Source: Blochmannia endosymbiont of Camponotus nipponensis
GTDB lineage: Bacteria > Pseudomonadota > Gammaproteobacteria > Enterobacterales > Enterobacteriaceae
Direction of reading: 5' to 3'
Length of the DNA stretch: 32,000 bases
Assembly: GCF_009827135.1 (NCBI RefSeq)
Contig: NZ_CP046534.1
Coordinates: 360,001-392,000 of the forward strand
Shown here: positions 10,131 through 19,467 of the stretch, piece after piece
How the letters are laid out: every line of letters starts with the position of its first letter
How positions within the stretch are numbered: the stretch's first letter is position 1
The notes under the pieces: generated by a model
What the model was told of the DNA's origin: nothing
The model's input: only the letters and a program-made list of their open reading frames with translations
Database searches by the model: none
Translations under genes and position numbers: made by a program

Positions 10131-10244
10131 TTCAGGTCACAAAATTTTCAATAAGTATACAATTTATATTTTGATATAAACCCTAACATTTAATATCTTA
10201 TTATTTATTACAAATACAAACACATTATCATTAGGAAAAATTAT

Positions 10245-10652
10245 ATGCGCCGTGTTATCAGAACAAAAACAGCTCCCACTCCTCTTGGACCTTATGTTCA
10301 AGCAATAGATACAGGAAATATAATATTTGTATCCGGGCAAATAGGAATTTGCCCGGATACAAATATTATATCTGATAGTATCTATTGTCAAACATACCAA
10401 TCATTACAAAATATTAAAAACATTATAGAAATTACTGGCCTTCAAATAAATAATATCATTAAGATTACACTATTTATCGTTAATATTAACGATTTATCTG
10501 AAATAAATACTAGCTACAAGAAATTTTTCAATACACACACAAATTCTTCTTGTGAAAACACAATCTTTCCTACACGTTCCTGTATAGAAGTATCTAAATT
10601 ACCAAAAAACGCCAAGATAGAAATTGAAGCCACCGCAATGCGTTTTTTATAA
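10245..10652 (+). CDS. ridA: RidA/YjgF-family enamine-imine deaminase
   Basis: APTPLGPYVQAIDTGNIIFVSGQI and RSCIEVSKLPKNAKIEIEA match E. coli RidA (APAAIGPYVQGVDLGNMIITSGQI, RSCVEVARLPKDVKIEIEA). The SD is AGGAAAAATTAT before the ATG. Confidence 0.9.
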   Translation: MRRVIRTKTAPTPLGPYVQAIDTGNIIFVSGQIGICPDTNIISDSIYCQTYQSLQNIKNIIEITGLQINNIIKITLFIVNINDLSEINTSYKKFFNTHTNSSCENTIFPTRSCIEVSKLPKNAKIEIEATAMRFL

Positions 10653-10972
10653 ATTATTAATCTCTTAATATAAAACACATATATTAAAAAACTGGGCATA
10701 AATTTTATTGTTCTAAAAATACTCCTGTAGAACTACCTATGCAAAATCAAACAATATAAAACTATATACATATATATCTACAATACAAACCAATTCATTT
10801 CTCTATCTATTTGATTTAACAACAACAAAAAATAGCATATTATTTACATTATAATAATGGATCTATCATCATAGATGTCACACACATTTCTTTTTTTTAG
10901 AATAAAATAATAACACTTTCACGATTCTTGTTCACAAAAACAATTATTGTAAACAAATTACTATTTAATTTA

Positions 10973-12265
10973 TTATTTATTAGATAACATCTCTGATTCA
11001 TATATCAACGCTCGTTTTGTATCATATTGATTTTCCCATTTTGCAATTACTAACACTGCTAAAGCATTGCCTATGACATTTAAAGCTGTACGACCCATAT
11101 CTAACACCCTGTCTACTCCCGCTATGAAAGCTAATCCTTCTAATGGAATACCAACGCTACCCAATGTAGCCAATAATACTACAAACGAAACCCCAGGAAC
11201 TCCAGCAATACCTTTAGAAGTTATCATTAAAGTCAATACTAAAATGATTTCTTGACTTAAAGAGAGCTCAATACCATATAATTGTGCAATAAAAATAGCA
11301 GCAATACTCTGATATAAAGTTGATCCATCTAAATTAAAAGAATAACCAGTAGGCACTACAAATCCAGTAATAGTCGATGGAGCTCCATAAGCTTCCATTT
11401 TTTCTATAATACGAGGTAATACAGTTTCTGAACTAGCAGTAGAAAAAGACAAAATAAGTTCCTCTTTTAAAATACAAATTAATTTCCAAATTCTAAGATT
11501 ACATATACGAGCCACTATACCTAATACCACTAACGCAAAAAACACAATCGCACCATAGACCAATAAAACAAGTTTAGTAAGAGGCAATAAAGAGCTAAAA
11601 CCAAAAGTAGCAACTGTGACTGAAATTAAAGCAAAAACGCCTATAGGCGCATACCGCATAACTATATGTGTTACTTCAAACATAGTATCCGCTACGGAAT
11701 TAAAAATATCTAACAATGGGGTCTTCTTTTTCTCTGGCAATGTAGCCAATCCAAGCCCAAAAATTACTGAGAAAAAAATAACTGGTAACATATCTCCTCT
11801 AGCCATAGAATTAATAACATTTGAAGGAATCAATGATAACATAGTATTTATTAAATTCGACTGTATTTCAGATGTAGTTTGCTCATACATAGAAATATCC
11901 GTTTTAGATAACACAGACATATCGATTCCATAACCTGGATGAAGCAAATTAGCGAAAGCAACACCAAGTATTATAGCAAGTGTTGTAATTACCTCAAAAT
12001 AAATAATAGTTTTTAAACCAATACTTCCAAGCTTTCTAGCATCTCCAATCCCAGCAATACCAACTACTAATGTAGCCATTACAATAGGAACTACAATCAT
12101 TTTTATCATACGGATAAAAATTTCTCCAGCTGGAGAAAGAAATGTGATAATCATCCAATCTTTCAATTCTGTTTGATTATGCAATACAATTCCTAACACA
12201 ATACCCAAGTTTAAAGCAAAAAAAATTTTCCAAGCAAGGGTAATTTTAAACTTTTTCATCATCAT
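10973..12265 (-). CDS. gltP: Proton/glutamate-aspartate symporter (DAACS family)
   Basis: 430 aa with long runs identical to E. coli GltP as remembered (VVPTGYSFNLDGSTLYQSIAAIFIAQLYGI, KGIAGVPGVSFVVLLATLGSVGIPLEGLAFIAGVDR, VLPRIIEKMEAYGAP). The SD AAGGGG lies 5 nt upstream of the first of three ATGs. Confidence 0.96.
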   Translation of the reverse strand: MMMKKFKITLAWKIFFALNLGIVLGIVLHNQTELKDWMIITFLSPAGEIFIRMIKMIVVPIVMATLVVGIAGIGDARKLGSIGLKTIIYFEVITTLAIILGVAFANLLHPGYGIDMSVLSKTDISMYEQTTSEIQSNLINTMLSLIPSNVINSMARGDMLPVIFFSVIFGLGLATLPEKKKTPLLDIFNSVADTMFEVTHIVMRYAPIGVFALISVTVATFGFSSLLPLTKLVLLVYGAIVFFALVVLGIVARICNLRIWKLICILKEELILSFSTASSETVLPRIIEKMEAYGAPSTITGFVVPTGYSFNLDGSTLYQSIAAIFIAQLYGIELSLSQEIILVLTLMITSKGIAGVPGVSFVVLLATLGSVGIPLEGLAFIAGVDRVLDMGRTALNVIGNALAVLVIAKWENQYDTKRALIYESEMLSNK

Positions 12266-13033
12266 AGTTACCCCTTAATTAAAATAAATGATTTTATTAC
12301 TATTTAATTCCAATCAATCTAAAATTAGTTATATTAAAACAGTTAAAAATGTCTCTTTAAGAAATTCCTACAAAAAAAACCAAACATACATCAAAGACCA
12401 TCAATAAAAAACTATGAATCAGTTGATATAAAAATTACTTAATCTTTATATTCAAAATACTGCACATCCATACATCCTATATTAAAAACATTATTACGAA
12501 AAAAACAAAACTCAACGCGACATATATTCATGTGCATTGAGTAATATACAAACTTAATGTGTAAAATTATATATTAACTATTTATTAAAACATATAATTA
12601 TATGTGATGATTATAATGTTTATTCAAATATTACTAACTTTTTAAAATACAAAAACACTTAAAATTACAAATTACTTTTCCAGAGAATAAAGTCATCCAT
12701 TGTTTAAGTCAACTATACATAACAAAATATCTTCAAAATTAATCTTATTTTATTAATCAATTGACATTCCACCTCACAACATAACATATACCACCCAATT
12801 ACTTAATAAATATAAAAATATTTACATCTCCAACCTACATATAGTACTACCATCATTATGGTAATATATTTCCATAATTAATAATTACATCTGATCTATT
12901 TATTTTTCCCAAAATTCCTCACTATCAATTATATGCATTTTCAATACACACTCATAAATTAACTATATACAAACAAACTAACACCTATTAATCTCTAATA
13001 AAAACTACAGTCACAAATTATAAAAACTTAAAA

Positions 13034-14677
13034 TTACTCATGTTCTACTAACAAAGCTTCTAGGAAATCTAGATCACGTAACAATTTCGTTAATGTTGCG
13101 TTACTAATTTTTTGTTGTGCACGTAAATGATAATATTCTCCTCGTTCAGCACGTAATGCATTTAACCTCATCCGTCTCTCCAACTCTTCAGTTAACATAA
13201 AATGAGCATCATTGTTGCCATCTATGCGACGACGCAAATTACCTATAACACGCGCACTTACTTCACTGATCAATTGACTATCAATATTTTCTTCTTGACT
13301 ATACATTAACCGCTCTTCAAATTTATATAAACTTTCAATAGCTACTTCTGCTGCTATAGCACGAGCCATACGTTCTTCTTTTTGTTGTAACAATTTATCA
13401 GATACTACAATTCCTTGTAACAACCATGGGAGAACAATTACACCGCATAACAAAGAAAATAAAATAACACCAGTGGCGATAAAAACTAATTGGTAACGAA
13501 ACGGAAAAACCGATCCATCTCTTAAAAAAAGTGGTATTGAAAGCACTCCCGCTAATGTAATAGCACCACGCACTCCAGCAAAAGAAGCAATTAAAATTTC
13601 CCGTACACTGTATTCACTAAATACCATTGGACGCATAACCATGCAATATAAACTAATATTTTTCATTAACCATAACCATCCAAATCTAAGGATCATTAAC
13701 GCAGTATAAATAAGAATTACATATACAAATAACATCCACGTTTTAATAGTTGGATCCATTGCTGCCTGCGAAATAGAAGTGGATAAAATATCTGGCAATT
13801 GCAACCCAAGCATAATAAATACCATACCATTAAATACAAATTCTAGCATTGTCCACACACTGTTTCCCCGTAACCGCATAGCTAATGGAGCGTTTCGAAT
13901 AATTCCAGACTGACCAATAGTCATACCTGAAGCAACTGAAGATAATATTCCAGATACACCAATATGTTCGGCAACTAAATATACAGCAAAAGGCAATAAT
14001 AAAAGAAGTATCGTTTGAGTAGCAGGATCACCACCGCTCCAATGAGTGATAAATCTTAACGATTTACTATATCCCCAAGTAATGATCGTACCGGCTAATA
14101 AACCACCCACAGATACTTTGATGAATTCTATGGAAGCTCCGCCTACACTAAATACCATAGTACCCATGGCTACTGAAATCGCAAATTTAAGAGAAACCAA
14201 ACCTGATGCATCATTCATCAAAGCTTCTCCCTGAAGAATATCCATAAGCTTTTTAGGAATACGTCCCTCCCCTACAATTCCTGAAAGAGCTACTGCATCA
14301 GTTGGAGATAAAACCGCTGCTAATGCTAAGGACGCTACAAGTGGCATTTCTGGTATCATCCAATGAATTAAATATCCAATACCAATCACGGTAATGATAA
14401 CTAATACCAATGCTAATATAACAATTTCCCCTCCATGACGTAAAAACTCACGCATTGGAGTTTTCCAACCATCAGAAAATAATAACGGGGGAATAAAAAG
14501 CAATAAAAATAACTCAGGATTAAAATCTACATGTAATCCAAATTTAGGCCAAGCTAATAAAGCTCCCAATACAATTTGCATTAAAGGCAATGGCATTTGA
14601 AATGGCAAAATTCGTGTTATCACTCCTGAAATGGAGACCACTAAAGTAAGAATAAGAATTGTAAAAAAAATCTCCAT
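13034..14677 (-). CDS. yjcE: CPA1-family Na+(K+)/H+ exchanger, YjcE-like
   Basis: 547 aa. The N-terminus MEIFFTILILTLVVSISGVITRILPFQMPLPLMQI is nearly identical to E. coli YjcE as remembered. Conserved motifs are AAVLSPTDAVALSGIVGEGRIPKK and LQGEALMNDASGLV. It lies between ssb and gltP as in E. coli. Confidence 0.9.
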   Translation of the reverse strand: MEIFFTILILTLVVSISGVITRILPFQMPLPLMQIVLGALLAWPKFGLHVDFNPELFLLLFIPPLLFSDGWKTPMREFLRHGGEIVILALVLVIITVIGIGYLIHWMIPEMPLVASLALAAVLSPTDAVALSGIVGEGRIPKKLMDILQGEALMNDASGLVSLKFAISVAMGTMVFSVGGASIEFIKVSVGGLLAGTIITWGYSKSLRFITHWSGGDPATQTILLLLLPFAVYLVAEHIGVSGILSSVASGMTIGQSGIIRNAPLAMRLRGNSVWTMLEFVFNGMVFIMLGLQLPDILSTSISQAAMDPTIKTWMLFVYVILIYTALMILRFGWLWLMKNISLYCMVMRPMVFSEYSVREILIASFAGVRGAITLAGVLSIPLFLRDGSVFPFRYQLVFIATGVILFSLLCGVIVLPWLLQGIVVSDKLLQQKEERMARAIAAEVAIESLYKFEERLMYSQEENIDSQLISEVSARVIGNLRRRIDGNNDAHFMLTEELERRMRLNALRAERGEYYHLRAQQKISNATLTKLLRDLDFLEALLVEHE

Positions 14678-14980
14678 GCTTTAAATCTCAACTATACCCA
14701 AAAAATGAATATTATACTCTATAAGAGTAGAGTATTAAGGTGTATATATACTTTATATTTTTGTACAAGCATGGTACATATATAATATTTTAAATAAATA
14801 ACAAATCTATACACATATTTACATGTAATCACTGTATTATATGCCATTAATAAGCAATGCCATATTTTATGCTTATTCTGATAACATAAATTTCAAACTT
14901 ATTGTTTAAATACATTTAGTAAATATAGTAAATAAAATATCAAATGATACATCCTGACTATATTAATACATTAAAATATG

Positions 14981-15003
14981 CATTCTCAATACTATTGAGA
15001 ATG
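14981..15003 (-). terminator. Candidate intrinsic terminator downstream of ssb (weak)
   Basis: 9-bp perfect stem CATTCTCAA / TTGAGAATG with a 5-nt loop. On the minus strand it is followed by CATATTTTAA. It lies 172 nt downstream of the ssb stop. The stem is AT-rich and the T-run is short. Confidence 0.3.
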
Positions 15004-15175
15004 TCAAAAACACTCAACACAATTAAGTGCATTAAATAACAGTGTAAAAAAAAAATCAGATCCATATCTTACTGATCTTTATAATTAAGATAGCATAATA
15101 AGAATCTACACACTACACTGATGAATTTATACAAAAAAATCAATTAAAAAAACAATTTCAATACACCTAAATTTT

Positions 15176-15640
15176 CTAAAACGGAATATCTTCGTCATCA
15201 AAATTAACATTGGAGGAATCGTCCGATATCGTTTCATCACCACTATTTATTATATTCTGATTATCTACTGATGGCATACTTTCGTCTACATGACGGCTAC
15301 CCAACATTTGCATTGTCCCACCAATATTCACAATAATTTCAGTAACATACCGATCTTGTCCATTTTGATTTTGCCATTTTCTACTTTTTAATGATCCTTC
15401 AATATATACCTGAGAACCTTTTTGAAGATATTCTGAAGCAATTTCTGCTAATCTTCCAAACAATACCACACGATGCCATTCAGTCTTTTCTTTAAATTCA
15501 TTAGTTTGTTTATCTTTCCAAGATTCAGTAGTAGCCACTGAAATATTAGTAACCATATTACCACTAGGCATATAACGAACCTCTGGGGCTCGTCCGAGAT
15601 AACCAATTAAAATAACTTTATTAATCCCTCTATTTGCCAC
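15176..15640 (-). CDS. ssb: Single-stranded DNA-binding protein
   Basis: 154 aa. The OB fold [20 protein letters not shown]...[35 protein letters not shown] is present, together with the acidic tail DDEDIPF. It has a GTG start preceded by GGAGGAATTT. The Gly/Gln-rich linker is shorter than in E. coli (178 aa). Confidence 0.95.
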   Translation of the reverse strand: MANRGINKVILIGYLGRAPEVRYMPSGNMVTNISVATTESWKDKQTNEFKEKTEWHRVVLFGRLAEIASEYLQKGSQVYIEGSLKSRKWQNQNGQDRYVTEIIVNIGGTMQMLGSRHVDESMPSVDNQNIINSGDETISDDSSNVNFDDEDIPF

Positions 15641-16065
15641 AAATTCCTCCGTTAATAACCAAATAATTACATCATATATAATAATAATCCTAAAAATTTT
15701 TAATTTTTTTATTGAAAATAAAACTATATAATATAGTTAATCTCCTCACATTTAGATCATCGATATTCCTCACTAATATTCCCCACAAACACCCTATTCA
15801 ATACAACAAGTAATATCGCCATTAATTTATCTTTACTTTAATATTTAATATTGAACCTAAACTTATATATAGAACAATAAGCATTAAACAATAACTTAAT
15901 TCAAAGTTATCATGTTTATTTTAATATCAGATATATTACTCAATATAATACATATCAAATATTTCTTATATTTCATCAGAATAAATACCAAAATTCAATC
16001 ATAGACTACCATACTTTATATTACACATGATAATGTATATAACAAAATCACACCACTAATAACAA

Positions 16066-17439
16066 TCAATATTGACCAGGTTTGACATAATTATCAAATC
16101 GAGACCATTGTCCATTAAAAATTAAACGTATAGTACCAATGGGACCATTGCGTTGTTTCCCCACAATAATTTCAGCAACACCTTTCATATCACTATTTTC
16201 ATGATAGACTTCATCACGATAAATAAATAAAATAAGATCAGCATCCTGTTCAATTGCTCCAGATTCGCGTAAATCTGAATTAACAGGATGCTTATCTGTA
16301 CGTTGCTCTAATCCTCTATTTAACTGAGAAATTGCTATAACCGGTACTTTTAATTCTTTGGCTAAAGCCTTTAATGATCGAGAAATTTCAGAAATTTCTA
16401 AAGTACGATTATTGGACAAAGAAGGAACTCTCATTAATTGTAAATAATCAATCATGATTAAACTTAAACCATCATGTTCACGGAACAACCTACGGGCACG
16501 CCCACGAACCTCAGTAGGCGTTAAACATGAAGAATCATCGATATATATATTGCGTTTTTCTAAAAGAAGTGCCATTACACTGGTAATTCTTTCTCGATCT
16601 TCATGATTCAACCGTCCCGTACGAATACGTACCTGATCTACCCGAGACAATGAAGCCAACATACGTATCATAATTTGATCACCAGGCATTTCTAAACTAA
16701 ATATCAATACTGGTTTTTTTTCAGTCATTGCAGCATGTTCGCATAAATTCATAGCAAAAGCAGTTTTTCCCATAGAAGGACGCGCAGCAATAATAATAAG
16801 ATCAGATTTTTGCAAACCATCAGTTTTTTTATCAAGATCTTTATACCCACTAGACACACCCGTAACACCATATTTTGATCTATTGCATACCCGCTCAATG
16901 TGAGCAACTGTGTTCTCTAAAATATGATCTATTCCTTTTGGTTTAGAATTGTAAGTACTTTTACTATGTGAAATTTGAAAAACAAGAGATTCAGCTAAAT
17001 CTAATAGTTCATCACTGCTGCGACCTTGAGGGTTATACCCAGCATCAGCAATTTTATTTGCTATAGCAATCATTGCACGTATTACTGAACGTTCACGTAC
17101 TATCTCGGCATATGCAACTACATTAGAAACACTAGGAATATTTTTTGACAATTCTGCTAAATACGCAAATCCCCCTACCAATTCCAATTTTCCTTGAATT
17201 TCAAGAGATTCTGATAGTGTTATTAAATCAACAGGTTTACTTATTTCTAACAAACGTTTCATTTCATTAAAAATTATTCTATGAGCATAATTAAAAAAAT
17301 CATCAGAATCAACTTGTCCTGATATATACTCCCACCGAGTATTATCCAGCATTAAACCACCCAATACTGATTGTTCAGCTTCTAATGAATACGGTGGTAT
17401 TTTTATACTACTTACTTGTTCATCACAAGAAACATGCAT
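16066..17439 (-). CDS. dnaB: Replicative DNA helicase DnaB
   Basis: 457 aa. PPYSLEAEQSVLGGLMLDN, Walker A ARPSMGKTAFAMN, IMIDYLQLM and the C-terminal RNGPIGTIRLIFNGQWSRFDNY are collinear with E. coli DnaB. Confidence 0.97.
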   Translation of the reverse strand: MHVSCDEQVSSIKIPPYSLEAEQSVLGGLMLDNTRWEYISGQVDSDDFFNYAHRIIFNEMKRLLEISKPVDLITLSESLEIQGKLELVGGFAYLAELSKNIPSVSNVVAYAEIVRERSVIRAMIAIANKIADAGYNPQGRSSDELLDLAESLVFQISHSKSTYNSKPKGIDHILENTVAHIERVCNRSKYGVTGVSSGYKDLDKKTDGLQKSDLIIIAARPSMGKTAFAMNLCEHAAMTEKKPVLIFSLEMPGDQIMIRMLASLSRVDQVRIRTGRLNHEDRERITSVMALLLEKRNIYIDDSSCLTPTEVRGRARRLFREHDGLSLIMIDYLQLMRVPSLSNNRTLEISEISRSLKALAKELKVPVIAISQLNRGLEQRTDKHPVNSDLRESGAIEQDADLILFIYRDEVYHENSDMKGVAEIIVGKQRNGPIGTIRLIFNGQWSRFDNYVKPGQY

Positions 17440-17691
17440 GCTTTAATATTTTTCCTAACATAAACTTTTATTTTCTGTAACAATCAATATTCTAAACATT
17501 TAAATATTAAAAAATCTATTATCACAATAATACCATAAAAATACCTAAATTAATTAAACTAATTAATATCATGTAATACACATAATGAGCGCTTGATACA
17601 GGTATAACAAAAGTATAAAAAATATACAATCATATTAATACATATCAAATATCATGATTTATATATGATTATCTTGTAATAATATTCCTGA

Positions 17692-17709
17692 ATGTTATTC
17701 ATATAACAT
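17692..17709. promoter_or_regulatory. Zur-box-like inverted repeat ATGTTAT-TCAT-ATAACAT in the dnaB/zur divergent spacer
   Basis: The two heptamer half-sites are perfect and identical to the core of the enterobacterial Zur box (AAATGTTATAATATAACATTT, from memory). They are separated by 4 nt rather than 3 nt. The repeat lies about 170 nt upstream of the zur ATG. Confidence 0.25.
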
Positions 17710-17878
17710 ACTTATAACCATAAAAAAAATGAAATTTATTATTTAAACCTCTACTTTTTCATATGTTATATAATTGCTTTATAGCATCAGTTTATTTTTT
17801 TTAATACCAAACATATTTTATTTACACCTCCTATACTGATAGTAACATGACTATATAATTAATAATTGAAGGAACAAT

Positions 17879-18331
17879 ATGAATACTAATATCCAAAAAA
17901 TGTTAACTCAAATTAAAAAAATATGCGAACAACGTTGTGTACGTTTAACCCCGCAACGCTTAGCGGTGCTACAATTAATATCTCAATGTAACGGAGCTAT
18001 AAGCGCTTATGACTTACTACACTTGCTAAGACAATCTTCATTACCTAATGCAAAACCTTCCACCATCTACCGTTCCTTAAACTTTTTATTAGAACAAAGA
18101 TTTATTCATCGTATTGAATCTACCAACACTTTTGTACTATGTCATTATCTTTTTGAGTTATCACATAACTTTGCTTTTTTTATTTGTAGCAATTGCAAAC
18201 AAGTCACCGAACAAACAACAAAAGATATCGAAGAAATTTTAAAAAATATGGCTAAAATTACAGGATTTATTATGTTTAATAACATTATTGAAGCGCATGG
18301 ACTATGTCCAAAATGTATTAATATTAAATAA
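17879..18331 (+). CDS. zur: Zinc uptake regulator Zur (Fur family)
   Basis: 150 aa. VRLTPQRLAVLQLIS...GAISAYDLLHLLR...AKPSTIYRSLNFLLEQRFIHRIESTNTFVLCH tracks E. coli Zur, not Fur. Both CxxC pairs are present (CSNC, CPKC), as are His/Cys/Glu at the regulatory-site positions. The SD is GAAGGAACAAT before the ATG. Confidence 0.87.
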   Translation: MNTNIQKMLTQIKKICEQRCVRLTPQRLAVLQLISQCNGAISAYDLLHLLRQSSLPNAKPSTIYRSLNFLLEQRFIHRIESTNTFVLCHYLFELSHNFAFFICSNCKQVTEQTTKDIEEILKNMAKITGFIMFNNIIEAHGLCPKCINIK

Positions 18332-18597
18332 CATTCACATTTTAGGCCTAATTATTTATAAATGCATAACATTAATCAAATAGCTTATAAATATACGTTT
18401 TTTCTCAAGATAAAAAATATTATTTTCTGATAATTAATACTTCATAATTTATATATAACTTCTATATCGATTATTTTAAAAATAATATACATACCATTTT
18501 AGGGTAATATATAATAACGGGTATTAGTTATTTTTATAGTAAATACATGCATCCTATATTTTTATTGTTATAGATAAAATCTATTCTATTTAAACTA

Positions 18598-19467
18598 CTA
18601 CATACTCAATACTATACCTATGAAAACTAACATACCTATATAATTATTGCTTAAAAAAGCCTGAAAGAATCGTATTTTTCTTTTCTTATTAATTAATATT
18701 TGTTGCCACACAAATAATATGATCACTCCAAATAACGAAAAAAAGTAAAACACTGCAACAAATCGCTCCTTCCAACCAATAATTCCCAATATTAATACAA
18801 TAAATAACTGAAATATTCCGATGATAAATTTGTCCATGTTTCCAAGTAATACAGCAAATGACTTTATACCAATACATATGTCATCTTCACGATCTACCAG
18901 AGCATATTGTGTATCATATACTATTACCCATAAAGTATTCATCAAAAATAATAACCAAGCTGTACTATCTACAGGATGATCAATGGAAGTGAACGCCATT
19001 AAAATAGGCCAGCTAAATAATATTCCTAACATTACTTGTGGTAAATAAGTATATCTTTTAAGATAAGGATATACTCCAGATAATATAAGCGCTATTAAAG
19101 ATAAAAAAACAGTGATTAAATTAAAACGTAAAACTAATATTAACGCAATACACAAAAGTATCGCTAACATCACCAATGCTTCTTTTTTTTTAATCATTCC
19201 AGATGGTAAAGGACGCGTCTTAGTTCTCTCAACACAACCATCAATATCACAATCAACATAATCATTTATGATACAACCTGCAGAACGCATACATAATACA
19301 CCAACAACGAAAACTATCAAAATAATATTATCGGGTATGCCTCTATTCGATAGCCATAAACCCCATAAAGTGGGCCACAGTAATAGAAAAAATCCAATAG
19401 GTTGATTAAAACGCATCAACTGTGCTAAGTTGTAACACTTTTTGATAAAAAAAAGCCTGTTTGACAT
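18598..19467 (-). CDS. ubiA: 4-hydroxybenzoate polyprenyltransferase
   Basis: LLLWPTLWGLW, the Asp-rich motif NDYVDCDIDG, YDTQYALVDREDD and IGIKS match E. coli UbiA. The start is moved from the GTG at 19560 in the track to the ATG at 19467. This gives 289 aa, close to the 290 aa of E. coli UbiA, and aligns the N-termini. Confidence 0.9.
   Translation of the reverse strand: MSNRLFFIKKCYNLAQLMRFNQPIGFFLLLWPTLWGLWLSNRGIPDNIILIVFVVGVLCMRSAGCIINDYVDCDIDGCVERTKTRPLPSGMIKKKEALVMLAILLCIALILVLRFNLITVFLSLIALILSGVYPYLKRYTYLPQVMLGILFSWPILMAFTSIDHPVDSTAWLLFLMNTLWVIVYDTQYALVDREDDICIGIKSFAVLLGNMDKFIIGIFQLFIVLILGIIGWKERFVAVFYFFSLFGVIILFVWQQILINKKRKIRFFQAFLSNNYIGMLVFIGIVLSM

Noticed and set aside
15722-15738. 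Perfect 17-nt palindrome AACTATATAATATAGTT about 85 nt upstream of ssb, considered as a relic of the LexA (SOS) box found in the E. coli uvrA-ssb spacer
   Set aside because: It lacks the essential CTG-N10-CAG triplets and is 3 nt shorter than an SOS box. It is almost pure A/T, and such palindromes are common here. It more plausibly just contains the -10 hexamer (TATAAT). There is no evidence in this window that lexA is retained.
17781-17831. Perfect anti-SD complement GGAGGTG on the minus strand (17825-17831), followed 10 nt later by an 11-codon ORF (MFGIKKNKLML)
   Set aside because: The ORF is too short. The spacing is at the long end for an SD. It lies about 340 nt upstream of dnaB with no attenuator-like structure. 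It is most likely a chance occurrence.
18441-18458. 18-nt exact direct repeat TTCATAATTTATATATAA at 18441-18458 and 21779-21796, each downstream of a minus-strand gene stop
   Set aside because: A rough estimate for A/T-only 18-mers across about 10 kb of spacer gives an expectation near one chance match. The flanks do not extend the similarity. There is no sign of a repeat family.
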